A DNA stretch of 35,911 nucleotides from a virus (IMGVR_UViG_3300025277_000062:1-35911), one strand, 5' to 3'. Counted from the stretch's first letter, positions 18,313-27,073 are shown. Notes: a model not told the origin generated them from the sequence alone. Translations and numbers: made by a program.

Positions 18313-19827
18313 TTAATAAGCCTCCTTTTTTTTCATATCAGGTATCGGCAACTCCTTTAAAGGGGGAGGACTAGAAGGTACATACCATAAATAATAAGTA
18401 ACTCCTTTAACTTTTTTTCTAAAAGATCCCCCGTTTAAATCTTTCATGACATGTGCATGTATTTCCGTTTGAGTCAGTGCAACAAATCTTTTCTTATTTA
18501 AATATTCTTTTAAGGTCTTGGGTTGAAAATAAATTTTTCCTTCACTTTCCCACGGCATTTCAATTGCTATCTCTTCTTCTCTCTCCGATACACCTTGATC
18601 ATAAATAAAAGAATATAAATAAGAATCAAGCTGCCCATACTTAGTTATTTCTTCAGGAGTTTCAATCTCATCACAATCTTGTAAAAGAGATTGTATTTTT
18701 AACGTCCAAGCATCTTCCGTTAATTTATTAGGAAGCTGAGTTAAAGAGTCCATACATTTTTTTCTAAACTTTTTTTGTTCAAATAAAGTATCCGTGTCAA
18801 TTGCTAATCTATGCTCTTCAAAATTTAAAAACCAAACAGGGTCATCTTTACCCCATTTTTGTAAATCAGAAAACCTACTTTCATAATCTCCTCCTATTCC
18901 AAATTTTTTTAATTGACATTTTGCTGCTTCACAACGGCCATTCATTGGAGGAACTTTACATTTGTACCTTGTGTAATCTTTTTTTTCATGTTGATTTATA
19001 GTTTTGGTAACTTGAGCATGCCCAAGTGGAGGCTTCATATATTTAAAATTAAATTCAGAAATTTTATCTTGCCAGTTTTCAGGCCATTTTTTTCTTGCAT
19101 AAACTGTATATTGATACAGCACCTCATCTCTTCCTCCCTCTTCAACCCCCACACTAATTAATGTTCGTAAACAAGGAGGACCATCTTCTAATTCCTCCAC
19201 TGTTTTAAATTTTTTTGTTTTAAATTTTTTTAAATTTTCTTCTGTTATTTTTCTTTCATCTACAAAAGAAAGAAACCCATCTAGCAATAAAGATTCTCCT
19301 TTAATATCAAATGCATAGCGCATTGTTTCATCGCCGTTATGATAAGGAAGATTTAAAAAGTTTCCTGTATCCCCACGATCTGCTTGTAATTCTATTTGTT
19401 TAGGAAATATTTCACAATCGGCGTGACCTAACAAAGCAGAAAAATTAATTAATTTTGAACGCATGAATTTAGCAGATATAACACCGTCTATAAATAAAAA
19501 TAAATGAGCGCCGCCACTCTTTGATCGACACGCAATCAAAGGTAATTTTAATTTCTCTATGCTTTTAATTAATTTTTTATGATCTAAAGGATAGGTATCT
19601 ATATCAATACACCCCCATCTACAGGTTGCATCATCCATGATGGGAACAATACCAAGACTAGGATCTTTTCCTTCTATATGATCTATCCAATGCTGAGGCG
19701 TAACGGGTTCTTTTTTTATAAAGGCCTTACCCCCACGTTTGCCACTATCATTTACTTCGCCCGGTACATATACACCGTGTGCTCTTTCTAAACCGGAAAA
19801 AACTTCTTTAAATTTTTCTACACTCAT
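18313..19827 (-). CDS. Archaeo-eukaryotic-type primase with PriCT-like domain (start reassigned to MSVEKF)
   Basis: WGCIDID, RSKSGGAHLFLF, EIFPKQ, GNFLNLPY, PPCL, EGGRDE motifs and a Cys cluster. Confidence 0.8.
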   Translation of the reverse strand: MSVEKFKEVFSGLERAHGVYVPGEVNDSGKRGGKAFIKKEPVTPQHWIDHIEGKDPSLGIVPIMDDATCRWGCIDIDTYPLDHKKLIKSIEKLKLPLIACRSKSGGAHLFLFIDGVISAKFMRSKLINFSALLGHADCEIFPKQIELQADRGDTGNFLNLPYHNGDETMRYAFDIKGESLLLDGFLSFVDERKITEENLKKFKTKKFKTVEELEDGPPCLRTLISVGVEEGGRDEVLYQYTVYARKKWPENWQDKISEFNFKYMKPPLGHAQVTKTINQHEKKDYTRYKCKVPPMNGRCEAAKCQLKKFGIGGDYESRFSDLQKWGKDDPVWFLNFEEHRLAIDTDTLFEQKKFRKKCMDSLTQLPNKLTEDAWTLKIQSLLQDCDEIETPEEITKYGQLDSYLYSFIYDQGVSEREEEIAIEMPWESEGKIYFQPKTLKEYLNKKRFVALTQTEIHAHVMKDLNGGSFRKKVKGVTYYLWYVPSSPPPLKELPIPDMKKKEAY

Positions 19828-19851
19828 AATAACTTTCGTTGTTAAATTAAA

Positions 19852-19880
19852 TGAGGGCGGCAAATTAGTTACCGCCCCCA
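19852..19880 (-). terminator. Hairpin between the SSB-like and primase genes (terminator/attenuator)
   Basis: Minus strand GGGCGGTAA-CTAAT-TTGCCGCCC followed by an AT-rich tail. Confidence 0.55.
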
Positions 19881-19889
19881 CTTTATGCC

Positions 19890-20690
19890 CTAATACGGAA
19901 CTCTAGAGTCTGCCGTATCGGTCGCACTGCCCTCAGCACGTTCTTGAGAAACCTTGGCCTCCCCTTTACTTACTGTTTCAGCAAAAGTTTTTGCTGCAGT
20001 GAAGAGAGCAATGTCCTTTTCATTGCCTTGATCGAGTAATCTCTCAAAGCCGAAATCAAATGTATGCCACGTACCCTTATCATTCTTTTGTTTTGTACTA
20101 GTAACTCTGAATAAACCAGAGAACATAGGCCACTCAGCAGGGACCACGGAACGAATAAGAGAATTAAATTTCTTACTACGTTTGTATCCCGTTGATTTAA
20201 GAGTGATAACGCAAGGACTACCCAACATACCGTTCGATGACTGTCCTCCTTCATTAACAACATAGACAAAGTGATTGGCGCACGTTTCAATATAGTTGCC
20301 ATTCTCTAGTCTATCTTTATTATGAGCGTCACGAGTAGTCTGCGAAAGAATATCTGATGTAGCCGGATACACATTCACGGGTGCATTACTACCTGTGCCT
20401 ATATTATTCCATTCTACATACTCTCTTGCAAAACCACATGGCATAACGAGGATACCTTTTTCCCCATCATACAACTGTTCCGTGACATTATTGTAGATCA
20501 TCCCAGGTTTAGCACCTGCGACAGTCTCATCCGCTACCTCTGGTGACAATGCCATTAAGACCTTAAGTCTTGGCGTTGCATAATCCTGAGCATCGATTGA
20601 TTCAAAGCCCATAGATTTAAAGGTATCGAAAGAAGCAAGTTGTGCAACTTGCCCATTAGTCTTCTTTTTAGTTACAACATTCTTTGTCAT
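19890..20690 (-). CDS. Putative single-stranded DNA-binding/recombination protein
   Basis: PRLKVLMALSPEV, AKPGMIYN, REYVEW, KNDKGTW motifs; acidic tail ending in an aromatic residue (RVPY); sits upstream of primase. Confidence 0.6.
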   Translation of the reverse strand: MTKNVVTKKKTNGQVAQLASFDTFKSMGFESIDAQDYATPRLKVLMALSPEVADETVAGAKPGMIYNNVTEQLYDGEKGILVMPCGFAREYVEWNNIGTGSNAPVNVYPATSDILSQTTRDAHNKDRLENGNYIETCANHFVYVVNEGGQSSNGMLGSPCVITLKSTGYKRSKKFNSLIRSVVPAEWPMFSGLFRVTSTKQKNDKGTWHTFDFGFERLLDQGNEKDIALFTAAKTFAETVSKGEAKVSQERAEGSATDTADSRVPY

Positions 20691-20717
20691 ATCTATTCCT
20701 TTTCATTTCAAGTTTCA

Positions 20718-21272
20718 CTATGTAATTTTCACTTTGTTGGTTACATAGACACCAAATTTATCTTGGGGAAGATCCGCGCCTTTTTGGATCTGCTCTTTGA
20801 CAAATGCTTTTAGAGTAGAAGCATGAACACCGCTCTTCTGAATTGGGGCCTGCCCCTCAGTACGTAATCGCTGATACAATTCAGAAGCATTGTCTTCTTC
20901 GCCTCTACCAAAACTACAGACAATATCATTTTTAATAATATCGTCAAACCCATTATCCCTAAGCCACATAAACGCTTCAGGTTTATTGGCCTCACTTATG
21001 TGAGCCTTATAAACCTCTTGTATCTCTACCTTCGAGCCGGAACTTAAGGTAACGGCTTTCATTCCTATCTCATCTAGTAAGGTTGGGATTGATTCATTTT
21101 CTAATGTAAATTCTTGTTCTTCTAATTTTTTTAGTTCTGATTTTCTATCAGCAATTTTAGTTCTAACAGTTTCTAACTGCTCACAAAAAGTACCAACAGC
21201 TTTTAATCTATCATCGCCCGAACCCTCAAGTTCTTGGATGGCTTTCTTCGAATCTTCAAACAGTGACGTCAT
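20718..21272 (-). CDS. Conserved phage replication-module protein
   Basis: Coiled-coil N-terminus; IPTLLDEIG, AFMWLRDNGFDDIIKN and VHASTLKAFVKE motifs. Confidence 0.7.
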   Translation of the reverse strand: MTSLFEDSKKAIQELEGSGDDRLKAVGTFCEQLETVRTKIADRKSELKKLEEQEFTLENESIPTLLDEIGMKAVTLSSGSKVEIQEVYKAHISEANKPEAFMWLRDNGFDDIIKNDIVCSFGRGEEDNASELYQRLRTEGQAPIQKSGVHASTLKAFVKEQIQKGADLPQDKFGVYVTNKVKIT

Positions 21273-21296
21273 ATTACTTTCTCCTCTTATTAATAC

Positions 21297-21602
21297 TTAA
21301 TTTATATCAACCTCCACGGGATAGTATTTGTTTAGTTTACGATCCCACTTCAGCATTTTAAATCTATTACGGTTCATGGTCGCCGCAACAACAGCGACAG
21401 TAGCTATAATAGATGGATCACCTAGACACAAGATATAATCTTCATCAGAAAAATCTTTTAATTTTTTCTTCAGTGAATGCACTACGGGCTGGGAGCTGAT
21501 CATCAGTTGATCCTTGCGTGGGAGAAGATTTTCAAATTCTCCAAAGCGTAAAGCATCTGTGATATCGACCCCTATTTTTTCCTGTACTACAAAAACTGTC
21601 AT
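21297..21602 (-). CDS. Conserved phage hypothetical protein
   Basis: VFVVQE, DITDALRFG, DYILCLGDP, LKWDR; AGAAAG RBS; first gene of the replication operon. Confidence 0.7.
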   Translation of the reverse strand: MTVFVVQEKIGVDITDALRFGEFENLLPRKDQLMISSQPVVHSLKKKLKDFSDEDYILCLGDPSIIATVAVVAATMNRNRFKMLKWDRKLNKYYPVEVDIN

Positions 21603-21618
21603 AAGCTTTCTTTCTTCA

Positions 21619-21657
21619 CATATAGTTATTGCTTTTTAAAAATGCAAGTGTTAAATA
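21619..21657. promoter_or_regulatory. Overlapping divergent promoters around a near-palindrome
   Basis: Plus TTGCTT-17-TAAATA, minus TTGCAT-17-TATATG; near-palindrome TTGCTTTTTAAAAATGCAA at 21629-21647. Confidence 0.5.
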
Positions 21658-21695
21658 AAAAACTTAGAAAGAATATCAACAGAAGGAGAGAATAT

Positions 21696-23162
21696 ATGGA
21701 TTATCCATTTAAAACCGTGCCTTATGCGCACCAAATTACGGCCTTGCAAAAGTCATGGTCACAAGAAAACTATGCTTATTTCATGGAAATGGGCACAGGA
21801 AAATCGAAAGTTCTTATCGATAATATGTCCATGTTATATGATAGGGGAAAAATTAACGGCGCCTTGATCATCGCTCCAAAGGGAGTATACCGTAACTGGC
21901 AGCGCCAGGAGATCCCCATTCATTTACCCAATCACATTGAAGACTTCACGGTTGCCTGGACGCCTACCCCCAACAAACTGGAAAAAGAACTGTTGGAAAG
22001 CATTATTAAGGATCCAAAGGACCTGACGCTTGACATTTTTTTAATGAACGTGGAAGCGTTGCATACGACCAAGGGCGCGCGGATCGCTGAACGGTTTCTT
22101 AACGGGCACAGAGCTCTGCTCGCCATCGATGAAAGCACTACCATTAAAAATCCTAAAGCCATTAGAACAAAGAATGCCCTGAAGTTAAGCACGCTTGCAA
22201 AGTACAGAAGAATACTAACGGGCTCGCCCGTTACCAAAGATCCTATTGATTTGTTTTCACAGTGTGAGTTTCTTGATCCTGCGATCTTGGGCCACTCCTC
22301 TTATTATAGTTTCAAGAACAGGTATGCCATCCAAGTAAAAACAAACGTGGGTACGCATATTTTTAATAAAGTTGTGGGATATAAAAATCTTGAGGAGTTA
22401 TCAGGACTGCTTAAGCCCCATTCGTACCGTGTCCTAAAGACTGAGTGTTTAGATTTGCCGGAAAAGATTTATACAAAAAGACAGGTTGATCTAACGGACG
22501 AACAAAAAAAAGCATACGCTGAAATGAAGGCCTATGCCCTGACCATGTTTGATAACGGGGAAGTGCTTACCGCCTCCACTGTCATGACGCAGTTATTAAG
22601 GCTGCACCAGATAAGCTGTGGTCATTTGATTATGGAAAGCGGTGAAACGAAAATATTTAAAAACAACCGGATCACTGAGTTGATGGATATTTTGGAAGAA
22701 GCGGTGGGCGGTACGGGATTCATATCCGGCAAGGTTATTATCTGGGCCAACTACCGCCAAGACATACGCACAATCTATGATACAATTAAAACAAAGTACG
22801 GCAGTGAAACAGTGGCCACCTACTACGGTGATACACCCGATAGCGAGCGCCAGGACATTGTCCTTAAGTTTCAGGATCCCAAGTCATCCTTGCGTTTCTT
22901 TGTAGGCAACCAACAAACGGCGGGCTATGGGCTCACACTGACGGCTGCCAGTACCGTTGTTTATTACTCCAATAACTATGATCTGGAAAAGCGCATACAA
23001 TCCGAGGACCGCGCGCACCGGATCGGCCAAAAGAACAACGTTACATACATTGATTTGATTGCCGAGAAGACTGTCGATGAGAGAATTGTCAAGGCTTTGC
23101 GCAATAAAATTAACATAGCAAGTACGGTATTGGGAGAAGACTTTAAACAGTGGTTGACATAA
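21696..23162 (+). CDS. SNF2-family (SF2) helicase/translocase (start reassigned to MDYPFK)
   Basis: PYAHQ, EMGTGKS, IDES, ILTGSP, GYGLTLT and QSEDRAHRIGQ motifs; AAGGAG RBS. Confidence 0.93.
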   Translation: MDYPFKTVPYAHQITALQKSWSQENYAYFMEMGTGKSKVLIDNMSMLYDRGKINGALIIAPKGVYRNWQRQEIPIHLPNHIEDFTVAWTPTPNKLEKELLESIIKDPKDLTLDIFLMNVEALHTTKGARIAERFLNGHRALLAIDESTTIKNPKAIRTKNALKLSTLAKYRRILTGSPVTKDPIDLFSQCEFLDPAILGHSSYYSFKNRYAIQVKTNVGTHIFNKVVGYKNLEELSGLLKPHSYRVLKTECLDLPEKIYTKRQVDLTDEQKKAYAEMKAYALTMFDNGEVLTASTVMTQLLRLHQISCGHLIMESGETKIFKNNRITELMDILEEAVGGTGFISGKVIIWANYRQDIRTIYDTIKTKYGSETVATYYGDTPDSERQDIVLKFQDPKSSLRFFVGNQQTAGYGLTLTAASTVVYYSNNYDLEKRIQSEDRAHRIGQKNNVTYIDLIAEKTVDERIVKALRNKINIASTVLGEDFKQWLT

Positions 23163-23183
23163 TCTTTTATATGCTTATATAAT
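23154..23183 (+). promoter_or_regulatory. Consensus sigma70 promoter
   Basis: TTGACA (23154-23159), 18-nt spacer, TATAAT (23178-23183), then an AGAAAGGA RBS. Confidence 0.8.
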
Positions 23184-23205
23184 AACTTAAAAGAAAGGAA
23201 TAAAA

Positions 23206-23361
23206 ATGGAAAGAACTGAAATAGGTATTGGAAAAATGAGGATTGATGTAGTTGCAGAAGATGTTGTCTACATAAATCTTAATGGTTTCACATATTACAT
23301 TGATGATTCAACTAATGAAAAAATAATGCAATTAACAAAGGACGATAATGGACACAAGTAA
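23206..23361 (+). CDS. Small hypothetical protein, 51 aa (not in ORF track)
   Basis: MERTEIGIGKMRIDVVAEDVVYINLNGFTYYIDDSTNE...; AGAAAGGA RBS directly after the promoter. Confidence 0.65.
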   Translation: MERTEIGIGKMRIDVVAEDVVYINLNGFTYYIDDSTNEKIMQLTKDDNGHK

Positions 23362-23566
23362 ATACAAATCCGTCACGATAGGTATCGGGACATGGAAAAA
23401 ATTAAATCAACTGGCTCACAAAGAGATGCGTTCGGTCAGCCGAACGATTGAATATCTGGTGCATGAGCACAAATATTTTGAGAAAAAATATGTGGACGGG
23501 GAACTCTCCCTTACCCCTGAAGAATATTTTAAATCTGTTAGACTGGAGGAGAAAGCCAATGGGTAA
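23348..23566 (+). CDS. Ribbon-helix-helix-like DNA-binding protein
   Basis: KYKSVTI strand followed by TWKKLNQLA and RSVSRTIEYLV helices. Confidence 0.6.
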   Translation: MDTSKYKSVTIGIGTWKKLNQLAHKEMRSVSRTIEYLVHEHKYFEKKYVDGELSLTPEEYFKSVRLEEKANG

Positions 23567-23744
23567 AGTCAAGGCATGGATGATGAGCATGGAAGAGGAC
23601 GCCGAAGTCCTTACCGCTCAGGAATTTATAGAGAAGCACGGTCCACGGCACATCGAGGTTTGGTCGATGGTTCAATGGAGACTGGGGAAAGATAATATTG
23701 ATGAGCAATACTTAGCTTTCTGTAAAACAGAGGGGGACGCATGA
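23559..23744 (+). CDS. Small hypothetical protein (MGKVKAWMM...)
   Basis: GGAGGAG RBS; start reassigned from 23448. Confidence 0.6.
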   Translation: MGKVKAWMMSMEEDAEVLTAQEFIEKHGPRHIEVWSMVQWRLGKDNIDEQYLAFCKTEGDA

Positions 23745-23893
23745 TGTTTCATTTTTGGCATTTGATCGCCATTATATGCGTGGCTGTCCTAAGCGGGACC
23801 GCCGGGTATATATACGCCCGAGAAAAATTTGGCAAAATGTTTGCCGAACAAACGGAGAACATGAAAGAATGGTACAGGGCGAGGGATGAATGA
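23741..23893 (+). CDS. Small membrane protein, 50 aa (not in ORF track)
   Basis: MMFHFWHLIAIICVAVLSGTAGYIYAR...; ATGA overlaps at both ends. Confidence 0.55.
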   Translation: MMFHFWHLIAIICVAVLSGTAGYIYAREKFGKMFAEQTENMKEWYRARDE

Positions 23894-24090
23894 AGACTAA
23901 TAAAATGTGCCTATACTACACGGAAGAAATAAAAATAAACGACAGGCTAAGCATTACTGAAAGCAGCAATGGAATTTATCTCGCTTGGGATAATTATGAT
24001 AGCGAAGTATTTGCATCAGGCACAAACCTTGAGGATGTTAGGCAAGCTATAAAAACTTATGTTGAAAACGCTTATCACATTGAGGAGTAA
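23890..24090 (+). CDS. Small hypothetical protein
   Basis: ATGA coupling; in a chain of small ORFs. Confidence 0.5.
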   Translation: MKTNKMCLYYTEEIKINDRLSITESSNGIYLAWDNYDSEVFASGTNLEDVRQAIKTYVENAYHIEE

Positions 24091-24091
24091 A

Positions 24092-24250
24092 ATGAAGAAA
24101 CTGTCTTTAGAGGACCGGTTGCGGAAGGCCAAGGCCAAGGCGGCCCTGTCCGCGCTTCGTGAACCCCGGACTAAACAGGATATTATTAACCGTCACAAGT
24201 GGGACAGGTTAAATAATATCATATGGAGGAGATATGACATCAATGTTTGA
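24092..24250 (+). CDS. Small basic hypothetical protein (MKKLSLEDRLRK...)
   Basis: GAGGAG RBS; start reassigned. Confidence 0.55.
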   Translation: MKKLSLEDRLRKAKAKAALSALREPRTKQDIINRHKWDRLNNIIWRRYDINV

Positions 24251-24434
24251 TGAGGATAGAATACAACCGTGCGAGGATTGTGAAAGGGAATACCTCAGGG
24301 AGAACCTTAAAGAGGAAAGATCGAGGGAGGCAAACCATAAGGTGTTTTGCATCCGATGCTACAACAGGAGGAAGAATGAAAAGAGCGCTTTATACCACCC
24401 AACCGACCCAAATATGTCCCGACTGTCACGGTAA
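24234..24434 (+). CDS. Small Zn-finger-like protein
   Basis: CEDC...CIRC; GGAGGAG RBS. Confidence 0.5.
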   Translation: MTSMFDEDRIQPCEDCEREYLRENLKEERSREANHKVFCIRCYNRRKNEKSALYHPTDPNMSRLSR

Positions 24435-24528
24435 CGGGTACATTAAACTTAAATTTGAGGCGGAAGAAGTAATAGAACAATGCGGAACCTGTGAATCACA
24501 GGGAGAAGTAGTTGAAGAGACGGGATAG
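24376..24528 (+). CDS. DnaJ-central-domain-like Zn-finger protein
   Basis: CPDCHGNG...CGTCESQG; AGGAGG RBS before ATG 24376. Confidence 0.6.
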   Translation: MKRALYTTQPTQICPDCHGNGYIKLKFEAEEVIEQCGTCESQGEVVEETG

Positions 24529-24641
24529 AGATCATAGATCGATGGTTGCACAGTCATGTTTAGTTGTGAAATGAAAACGATGGTGGTTCGGGGTCTCAAT
24601 TCCCTTTACACGGTATATACCCGTTAAACCACTGTGTGCAG

Positions 24642-24680
24642 AAAGGGCCGGTTTTTAGCCTCTCCGGCCCTTTTTTATTT
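24642..24680 (+). terminator. Rho-independent terminator
   Basis: AAAGGGCCGG/CCGGCCCTTT 10-bp stem followed by a T-rich tail. Confidence 0.8.
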
Positions 24681-24733
24681 ACTTTTCCTGTAAAATAACT
24701 TAAAATCCCACACGAACTTAACAAAGGAGACCT

Positions 24734-24937
24734 ATGAGCATTCGATTGCCCGATAGTCCTGTTCGAAAAATTCACGAGTGTCTTAAATGTGGCATGATTT
24801 CTGTAAAATTTTGGAATGACAAGCATGATCGTAGCTTTACACGGGAAGAATGGAACACGGTTCGCGCCCAGGGGGTTGATGTTTTGCGTAAAATTATGCA
24901 ACCACTGACGGAAGATCCAAAGTTTTTTTTAGAATAG
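24734..24937 (+). CDS. Small hypothetical protein with CxxC
   Basis: AAAGGAG RBS; CLKCG. Confidence 0.6.
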   Translation: MSIRLPDSPVRKIHECLKCGMISVKFWNDKHDRSFTREEWNTVRAQGVDVLRKIMQPLTEDPKFFLE

Positions 24938-24992
24938 TAAGATGTTTTAAAAGTTTTTAGTTAATTATTTTTTATAAAAACTTTTCAATTTG

Positions 24993-25093
24993 AAGTAACC
25001 AAGTAACCGAAACACTTAACTCAATGAAATATAACAATAATATAGGTTACTTATACAGTTACTTACGGTTACCTGCCTTGTCATTAAGTAACC
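24993..25093. repeat. Iteron-like cluster of AAGTAACC/GGTTACTT repeats in AT-rich DNA
   Basis: AAGTAACC at 24993, 25001 and 25086; inverted copies GGTTACTT 25045, AGTTACTT 25057 and GGTTACCT 25067. Confidence 0.8.
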
Positions 25094-25172
25094 GCAAAAA
25101 CTATTTGTATTTAACTTTTTAAACAACTATATAAAATAAATAAAGCAAGCTAAACTGCACTAAACTAAATGT

Positions 25173-25664
25173 ATGAATAAAAGATTAACTATAAAACAAA
25201 TTAAGTTTGTCAATGAATTGGTAAGGGAAGATGGTGCTATCACTCCCACAGAAGCGGCAAGACGGGCTGGATATGCTGTTAATAGAGCAAGAACAACTGC
25301 CTCTGAATTACTAAATGTCCACAAACACCCTGAAATTGTTAGATATGTAGACGAATTAAAAAAAGAAATGGTACGCAAAACTGAAGTTACTTTTAATCGC
25401 CATGTAAAAAGATTAGATGATTTATCTAGGGCTGCCCAAGAAGACAAGGCTTGGTCTGCCTCTGTTCAGGCAGAAAAGAATAGGGGTCAGGCTGCGGGAT
25501 ACTATAACCATACACAAAATATCCACACGATAAACTCCATAGACACCATGAGTTTGGATCAGGTTCAATCAAGATTAAAAGATATACGCAAATTATATGG
25601 GGATATTATAGACGCTGACTTTGTTGAAGTTCCTGAAATTGAGCAAAAAAAAGAGGGCTATTAA
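25173..25664 (+). CDS. terS: Terminase small subunit
   Basis: LTIKQIKFVNELV...TEAARRAGYA...ASELL...PEIVRYVDEL HTH of the Terminase_2 type. Confidence 0.8.
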   Translation: MNKRLTIKQIKFVNELVREDGAITPTEAARRAGYAVNRARTTASELLNVHKHPEIVRYVDELKKEMVRKTEVTFNRHVKRLDDLSRAAQEDKAWSASVQAEKNRGQAAGYYNHTQNIHTINSIDTMSLDQVQSRLKDIRKLYGDIIDADFVEVPEIEQKKEGY

Positions 25665-25897
25665 CCCTCTCCATATTTCTTTATTTCTTCATCGGTGGCA
25701 AAATAATAATAGGTACTTTCACATTTAGGGCAAACCACTTGTGATTCATCATCTGCAATTCCATCACTATCATAATTTGGATTATCTGGTTCTCGTTCGC
25801 CATACAAATAAGATACATTATGGCAGTCCATACAATAGTTTTGCACTTTCTCATCACCAAAAATACTATCTCTATTATCCATTATTCTATCAATCAT
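25661..25897 (-). CDS. Small Zn-ribbon protein
   Basis: CMDC...CPKC; GAGGAGG RBS. Confidence 0.6.
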   Translation of the reverse strand: MIDRIMDNRDSIFGDEKVQNYCMDCHNVSYLYGEREPDNPNYDSDGIADDESQVVCPKCESTYYYFATDEEIKKYGEG

Positions 25898-25909
25898 TGT
25901 GCAACCTCC

Positions 25910-26059
25910 TCATCTTTTCCATGTGTCCTCCCCCTTAATTAAATGTTTGCGTGTTCTTCCCGTGCCAATCACTCCTCTGTATTGGTTATTCATTATGTGA
26001 AGCCACACTAAACTTGGCTTTCTTTTTTTCTTAAATAATCTTAATAGTTTTTTAATCAT
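25910..26059 (-). CDS. Small basic hypothetical protein, 49 aa (not in ORF track)
   Basis: MIKKLLRLFKKKRKPSLVWLHIM...; GGAGG RBS; ATGA overlap. Confidence 0.45.
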   Translation of the reverse strand: MIKKLLRLFKKKRKPSLVWLHIMNNQYRGVIGTGRTRKHLIKGEDTWKR

Positions 26060-26211
26060 ACTTCCTCCACTTCTGTTTCAGTATCTTCACTATTTTGCTC
26101 ATCAACGGGCAACTCACCTATCTTGAGTATTGCTTTCTCTTTGGATTCAGCTTCAACTTCATACCAAATGTCTTGTGCAGTATATGTCTGTGTAACTCTG
26201 TACTTTTTCAT
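26056..26211 (-). CDS. Small protein, DpnD/PcfM-like, 51 aa (not in ORF track)
   Basis: MKKYRVTQTY...YEVEAESKEKA; GGAGG RBS; ATGA overlap. Confidence 0.55.
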   Translation of the reverse strand: MKKYRVTQTYTAQDIWYEVEAESKEKAILKIGELPVDEQNSEDTETEVEEV

Positions 26212-26519
26212 ACTTCCTCCTCAAGTTCAATATGATCTGGGTTAATGCAACGACCAAAGTCATCATCATATGATGTCGCAAAACCCCTTAGACAGTCATT
26301 GCCTTGATAATCTTTTTGAACCATTCCTATGTGAAATATTTCACTCTGGGTTATGGTTCCATTTTCTCGGACAAATTCCTTCGTTAGTAGTTCCTTCTTG
26401 TAGTGAACCTTTCTTCCAATAAATTTTGCTAATTTTAAATTAGAGGTTGCCACTCTCATTTTAAATGCATTGGACAAGCCACTATCAGTAATGTCTTTGT
26501 TTAATTTCATTTTATTCAT
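26208..26519 (-). CDS. Hypothetical protein
   Basis: GGAGGT RBS; ATGA overlaps. Confidence 0.6.
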   Translation of the reverse strand: MNKMKLNKDITDSGLSNAFKMRVATSNLKLAKFIGRKVHYKKELLTKEFVRENGTITQSEIFHIGMVQKDYQGNDCLRGFATSYDDDFGRCINPDHIELEEEV

Positions 26520-26701
26520 TGTTTACCTCCGTAATACTTAATTATCATTTTATTGACCACAAGTTCTATTCTTGTAAGTTCCTTGAACTCTTTGGTTTCG
26601 TTCCCATCTTCATCTTGATATTCGCTTTTGTTTGTGTACCATTCTTCCTCAAACATTTCAGCTAATTTCTGTACGACCTTATCTTTGCTAATTTCTGTCA
26701 T
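26516..26701 (-). CDS. Hypothetical protein
   Basis: GAGAAAGGA RBS. Confidence 0.6.
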   Translation of the reverse strand: MTEISKDKVVQKLAEMFEEEWYTNKSEYQDEDGNETKEFKELTRIELVVNKMIIKYYGGKQ

Positions 26702-26717
26702 TCTTAGTCCTTTCTCA

Positions 26718-26799
26718 CTAAACTAAACTTCCAAGCTAAACTAAACTTCCAAGCTAAACTAAACTTCCAAGCTAAACTAAACTTCCAAGCTAAACTAAA
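26718..26799 (+). repeat. Perfect 18-bp tandem repeat (CTAAACTAAACTTCCAAG) x ~4.5
   Basis: Units start at 26718, 26736, 26754 and 26772, with a partial unit at 26790; intergenic. Confidence 0.95.
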
Positions 26800-27025
26800 A
26801 TTCATCAACTCCTTCCATAAATAATTCTATTTTTTCTTTTAGATCTGCACTATCTTGTGCCAACATTTCTTGAAATTCTGGATAGTCCTCAAAGTTGTTT
26901 TTATCAATATTACTATTTAGCCAACCAATAATATGACTTATTAATTTATCTTTATCTATTACTGGATTTGATTGTGTACTGCACTCCCAATCTTCAATTA
27001 TTTTTTCGTCTGGGTTATCTCTCAT
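26795..27025 (-). CDS. Hypothetical acidic protein
   Basis: AAAGGAGG RBS. Confidence 0.6.
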   Translation of the reverse strand: MRDNPDEKIIEDWECSTQSNPVIDKDKLISHIIGWLNSNIDKNNFEDYPEFQEMLAQDSADLKEKIELFMEGVDEF

Positions 27026-27043
27026 AACTCCTCCTTTAGATAT

Positions 27044-27073
27044 AAAAAAAGGGGGAATTAATTTTCCCCCTTT
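27044..27073 (-). terminator. Rho-independent terminator
   Basis: Minus strand AAAGGGGGAA-loop-TTCCCCCTTTTTTT. Confidence 0.7.

Noticed and set aside
14015-22237. Nested or antisense ORFs within polA, exonuclease, primase, SSB-like and SNF2 genes
   Set aside because: Overlap well-supported genes and show no recognisable motifs
24580-24640. tRNA suggested by GGGGTCTCAATTCCC
   Set aside because: No proper TTC T-loop, D-arm, anticodon arm or acceptor stem; kept only as a generic ncRNA candidate
24596-24901. Minus-strand 101-aa ORF
   Set aside because: Antisense to an RBS-supported gene and runs through a terminator
26718-26799. Possible CRISPR array
   Set aside because: Units are contiguous with no spacers; this is a tandem repeat
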